Source: Psammoneis japonica
Taxonomy: Eukaryota
Direction: 5' to 3'
DNA: 64,000 bases
NCBI GenBank assembly: GCA_008632985.1
Contig: QPGO01000012.1
Coordinates: 124,001 to 188,000, forward strand
Under the pieces are notes generated by a model. It saw nothing but the letters and a program-made list of their open reading frames with translations, ran no database searches and had not been told where the DNA came from. Position 1 is the stretch's first letter. Each line of letters starts with the position of its first letter. A program made the translations under genes and the position numbers. This document shows, one piece after another, positions 60,551 to 64,000 of this stretch.

Positions 60551-60829
60551 TAAAAACTGTTACTTTGGAAAAATGGCTGCGCTCTAGTAGAGAGACATAG
60601 TTCGTGTGCTGCGACATGCATCCTGCTCGTTTTTGAATCCGTGTCGAAGCTTTTTCACTGACATGAATGCTGCCGGTACTTTACGGTGTTCTCTGTAGCT
60701 ACCATCAGCCGAAACTGCTACGGCATTCAATCTACTTCTAGGTAGAAGTAGACATAGAGTCAACCAATGTGAGGAAAAGGTCCGTTTAGCACAATGATCA
60801 ACTCTTCCTGCCAGAAACACCACAGATTG

Positions 60830-61990
60830 CAATGTTCAGGACAAGCGAATAGAGCACCCAATCTGTCGTGGCCAATCTTGTTGCACTTTCTTTTTTTTCT
60901 CAAGCACAAATTTGTCCTCCCGATTCTTCTGTGCAGTGTCGCTTTGAAACCCATCTTGCTGCAATTCTTTTACCTTCCCTGTTTTTGCTGAATGGCTCAA
61001 TGTTTTCAAAATCAATGTAGAAAGGGGGACAACTAACTCTGTCAAAAGGCTCTGGAATGTGGTGCTCTGTGAGAGTCCAATCATGGGGAGTGATGCAGAA
61101 GAACACATCATTGTGCCAGGGTCTTGCCAATCAAACCCCAAACAACACCATTCACAAAAATCCTTCACCGCACTTGAAGTCATCTGTCCACGTTCTTGAG
61201 AGATCATGGTTGCAAGCTTGCAGTCAAATCCAAGGATCATCGGTTCAGATGTTAGGTGGCAATGCTGTGTGCACCAACATGCAAACACAACAGAAAAACT
61301 CCTGCTGGCAGTGAGGCCTCTGTCACATCAACAGAGCAGCAGCTCACCTCTGCTTGCAAAGTTTGTGCTCGTGATCTGCACATCCCACTGGCAACCCAGA
61401 CTTGTCATGAGGCCAGAAAAAAAGATGCATGCCTCCGTTGTTGGAGCAGCAGCTCCTTCTGACAAAGAGGGGTGGGGTGCCAACATTGGGGAGTTTGGAA
61501 ACTGCCCCCCACTGTCCAGCACAGAGTGCGCAATCCCAGCGCAGCAAAAAGAGAATGACTTCACTCTGCAAAGAATGAAGGCAAGCAACTGAAAGATTTG
61601 GGACATGTGTGGGCAAGTTGATCCTGCTGAGAAAGAGTGCAGCAAAAGAGTTTGAGAAAAAATGGCGATGTGCACATCAACAACCACCACGCCACCGCCT
61701 CGTTTCCTGCACCTGGCGCGCTCGCTGTGCAAAAATGTGTTCAATGAAGGCATGGGTTTGCTTGATCAGGGCATCTGGATTGGCCAGCACATTGCAAGGA
61801 GAGATGACAATGAAAAGATGCTCAGCACACAAAGAAGAGTCTCCTCGATGCTGCCCACACTCGCAGTGCCTGCCTGGCACTTTTGTTGTCGTCTGTCACA
61901 CACTTTTGCACGTGAGTGAGAGAAGCAGAAGGGGTGAGCAACTTTTTGACTTGTCACCACTGCCATCCTTTGCCTCGGGGTGATGAGCAC
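60830..61990. mobile_element. TA-depleted relic, unclassified
   Basis: Composition; stop-poor overlapping ORFs. Confidence 0.45.
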
Positions 61991-62169
61991 TAGCTTTTTG
62001 CTTTTCGCAGTTGTTCCCTGCCCCTTTCGACGTTTTTCTTTGCTTGTCCAGGTTCCAGGTGCGAGGAGTCGACCGAGATAGATGTTGTGCCCCGATGTCC
62101 CCCGGTCGCTTGACGGACGTTTTGTCGCGCATCAAAGATCGCTCATCGCTCGAAAGATCCAAGACGAGT

Positions 62170-62392
62170 TGGGGGAAGTCTCCAGCCAGCTGCTGGCTGA
62201 AGAATCTTGTGTAGAATTTGTACTGAAACAGTCTGTCAATCTGTGCGTTAGGGGGTTTTGGCGAGCGCTGGACAGACTCGACGTCTTTTGCGTAGCCCTA
62301 CATAAAAATTGTACCGGTAGTACTGGCAGAACCACCAAACGCACTGACGAGCAGACTTTTTTCAGCCAGCAGCTGGCTGGAGTCCTCCCCCA
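62170..62392. mobile_element. MITE with ~35 bp TIRs and 4 bp TSD GAGT
   Basis: TGGGGGAAGTCTCCAGCCAGCTGCTGGCTGAA ... TTCAGCCAGCAGCTGGCTGGAGTCCTCCCCCA, flanked by GAGT on both sides. Confidence 0.8.
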
Positions 62393-62435
62393 GAGTGACA
62401 AACGACAACCGACAAGAGACAGAGAGAGATCAACA

Positions 62436-63693
62436 ATGGTTGGAATTGCATTGTTTGCTGTCGGGGTGTTGTTGTTCAATGTGGCCACAGTTGAGAGTTT
62501 TTCGAAAAGTTTGTTTCAACAAAGAAGAGCAGAGAAAGAAATTGTAGTTGTAAGACTGGGACGAAATAATGACGGCGGCGTTGACAAGGGCTTCAACTTG
62601 TTGGAGACTGCATCAAAAGTTGTTCCGCAGGGGAAAATAGTACAAACCGTCAAAGAAACATGGAAATTCGGTTGGAAGGTGTGTTTTATTTGTATTACTC
62701 GGAGCACAAGAACGACTTCATGTTTTTCAACGTTTTTCTGATGTCCCTGCCGTAATCTCTTGTGTGTTTCAGAGAATGATGGCGGAGCTCGCACCACAAG
62801 ACAAAACCGGAAGCTACAAACGTCCGTCTTATGCCTTTGCGGGAAAAATTGGTAGTTCTGATTTTCCTGATGAGCCTGGGCGATATCACTTGTACGTGGG
62901 TAATCCATGTCCGTGGTGTCACAGAGCGCGATTGGCACTGGCCTTACGGGGTATTGACACTGATGAAGTGGGTGTAACTCAACTTGTTGACGATCCTGTC
63001 AAGGCTAGTCGCGGAGGATGGGTGTTCTCGTCGTCCGACAGAGATCCTCTTGCCAATTGTCGGGACTTGAGAGAGTTATATGACAAACTGTCACCAGGTT
63101 TCACAGGTCGATGTACAGCTCCACTCTTGGTTGATCTCAAATCGAAAAAGATTGTCTCGAATGAAAGCTCTGATATTGTTAGAATGATAAATACCGCGAC
63201 ATTCGGTAAGACAGGTGAAATGCTGAATCTATATCCCGAGGCTCTGGCTTCGAAAATCGATGAAGTGAACGAGTGGGTCTATCGGTTGTTAAACAATGGC
63301 GTTTATCGTTGTGGCTTTAGTACGACGCAGGTTGCGTACGATAGGGCATCCGCAGATGTCAGGCAAGGTCTCGAACGCTGTGAAGAATTGCTTTCAAAAC
63401 AGGACTTTCTCTGTGGATCCCAGCTTACCGAAGCCGATTTGAGACTTATTCCAACCATTCTCCGGTTTGATGGTGTATATGCCCCCCTTTTTAAAGCGGG
63501 TGGAGCACACCTGCGAATAAGAGACTACCCTGCTTTGCATGCTTGGGCAAAACGGTGTTGGTCCATCAAGGGAGTTAAGGAAACAATTGATTTGGCAGAT
63601 GCCAATGCTTCCTACTACAAGCAGCTATTTCCGCTCAATCCTGGCGGAATTGTTCCAACCGAGGTAACGGCGGCCGCTCTGGGTCTCGAGTAA
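62436..63693 (+). CDS. Glutathione S-transferase, omega/ECM4-YqjG (glutathionyl-hydroquinone reductase) type, with probable bipartite plastid-targeting peptide; intron ~62679-62772
   Basis: GRYHLYVGNPCPWCHR, IVSNESSDI, LNNGVYRCGF, TEADLRL.PT..RFD.VY, NPGGIVP; signal peptide ending VES-F. Confidence 0.9.
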
Positions 63694-64000
63694 AGAAGCC
63701 CGTCATCTGTTGTGTGAGATACCACCATCCAGTAGCTATGCCTGTGAAGGACTAAGTAGTGCTTTGTCCAACAGCAGCCTTTCTGGTTGACAAGATTTCT
63801 TTTCTAGACAGAGTGTTGTGCTGCCAAAGAAACAGATTTGGAGTTCGCTTGTGCCCTCCTGCCGACCTCTAGAGTAGAGTAAGCTACTACTCTACACTCT
63901 AGCTCTAGCTAGAGAGTAGTAGATAGTAGAGACTACGAACTCAGCGAGGATGGGATGATTCTCTGAGGGATTCATTCTTCATGATGATGATCGTGTCTCG

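Overview
Eukaryotic, most likely diatom, genomic DNA: GT-AG introns, CoDi-type Copia elements, and a secreted protein with RxL and KxxK motifs. Host genes alternate with blocks of decayed transposons. Two things stand out. (1) A compact cluster at 41.3-53.7 kb appears to encode a complete animal Notch-type EGF O-glucosylation pathway together with its substrate. It holds a POGLUT1/Rumi-like O-glucosyltransferase, a single polypeptide fusing XXYLT1-like and GXYLT-like xylosyltransferase domains, and a secreted six-EGF protein in which every repeat carries the C-x-S-x-P-C acceptor site and which ends in a silaffin-like KxxK tail. The block lies between two copies of a ~650 bp direct duplication. 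(2) All long transposon blocks show a TpA->TpG/CpA hypermutation on both strands, the reverse of fungal RIP, alongside CpG loss. It is visible in LTR pairs and in Tyr->Cys/His changes in conserved pol motifs, it fades at block edges, and it spares genes, gene duplicates and short MITEs. The two Copia elements also have non-canonical primer sites. Other genes: DENN/MABP-like protein, sHSP20 (plus 2 fragments), four FG-GAP propeller paralogues, a Crinkler-like pseudogene, a hotdog-fold protein, a LamG protein, a POT/NPF transporter, a double ATP-grasp enzyme, an SLC35F6-like transporter and an omega/ECM4-type GST. Several intact-looking genes carry single-base frameshifts, suggesting long-read indel errors. 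All family calls are from motif recognition by eye, not database searches.
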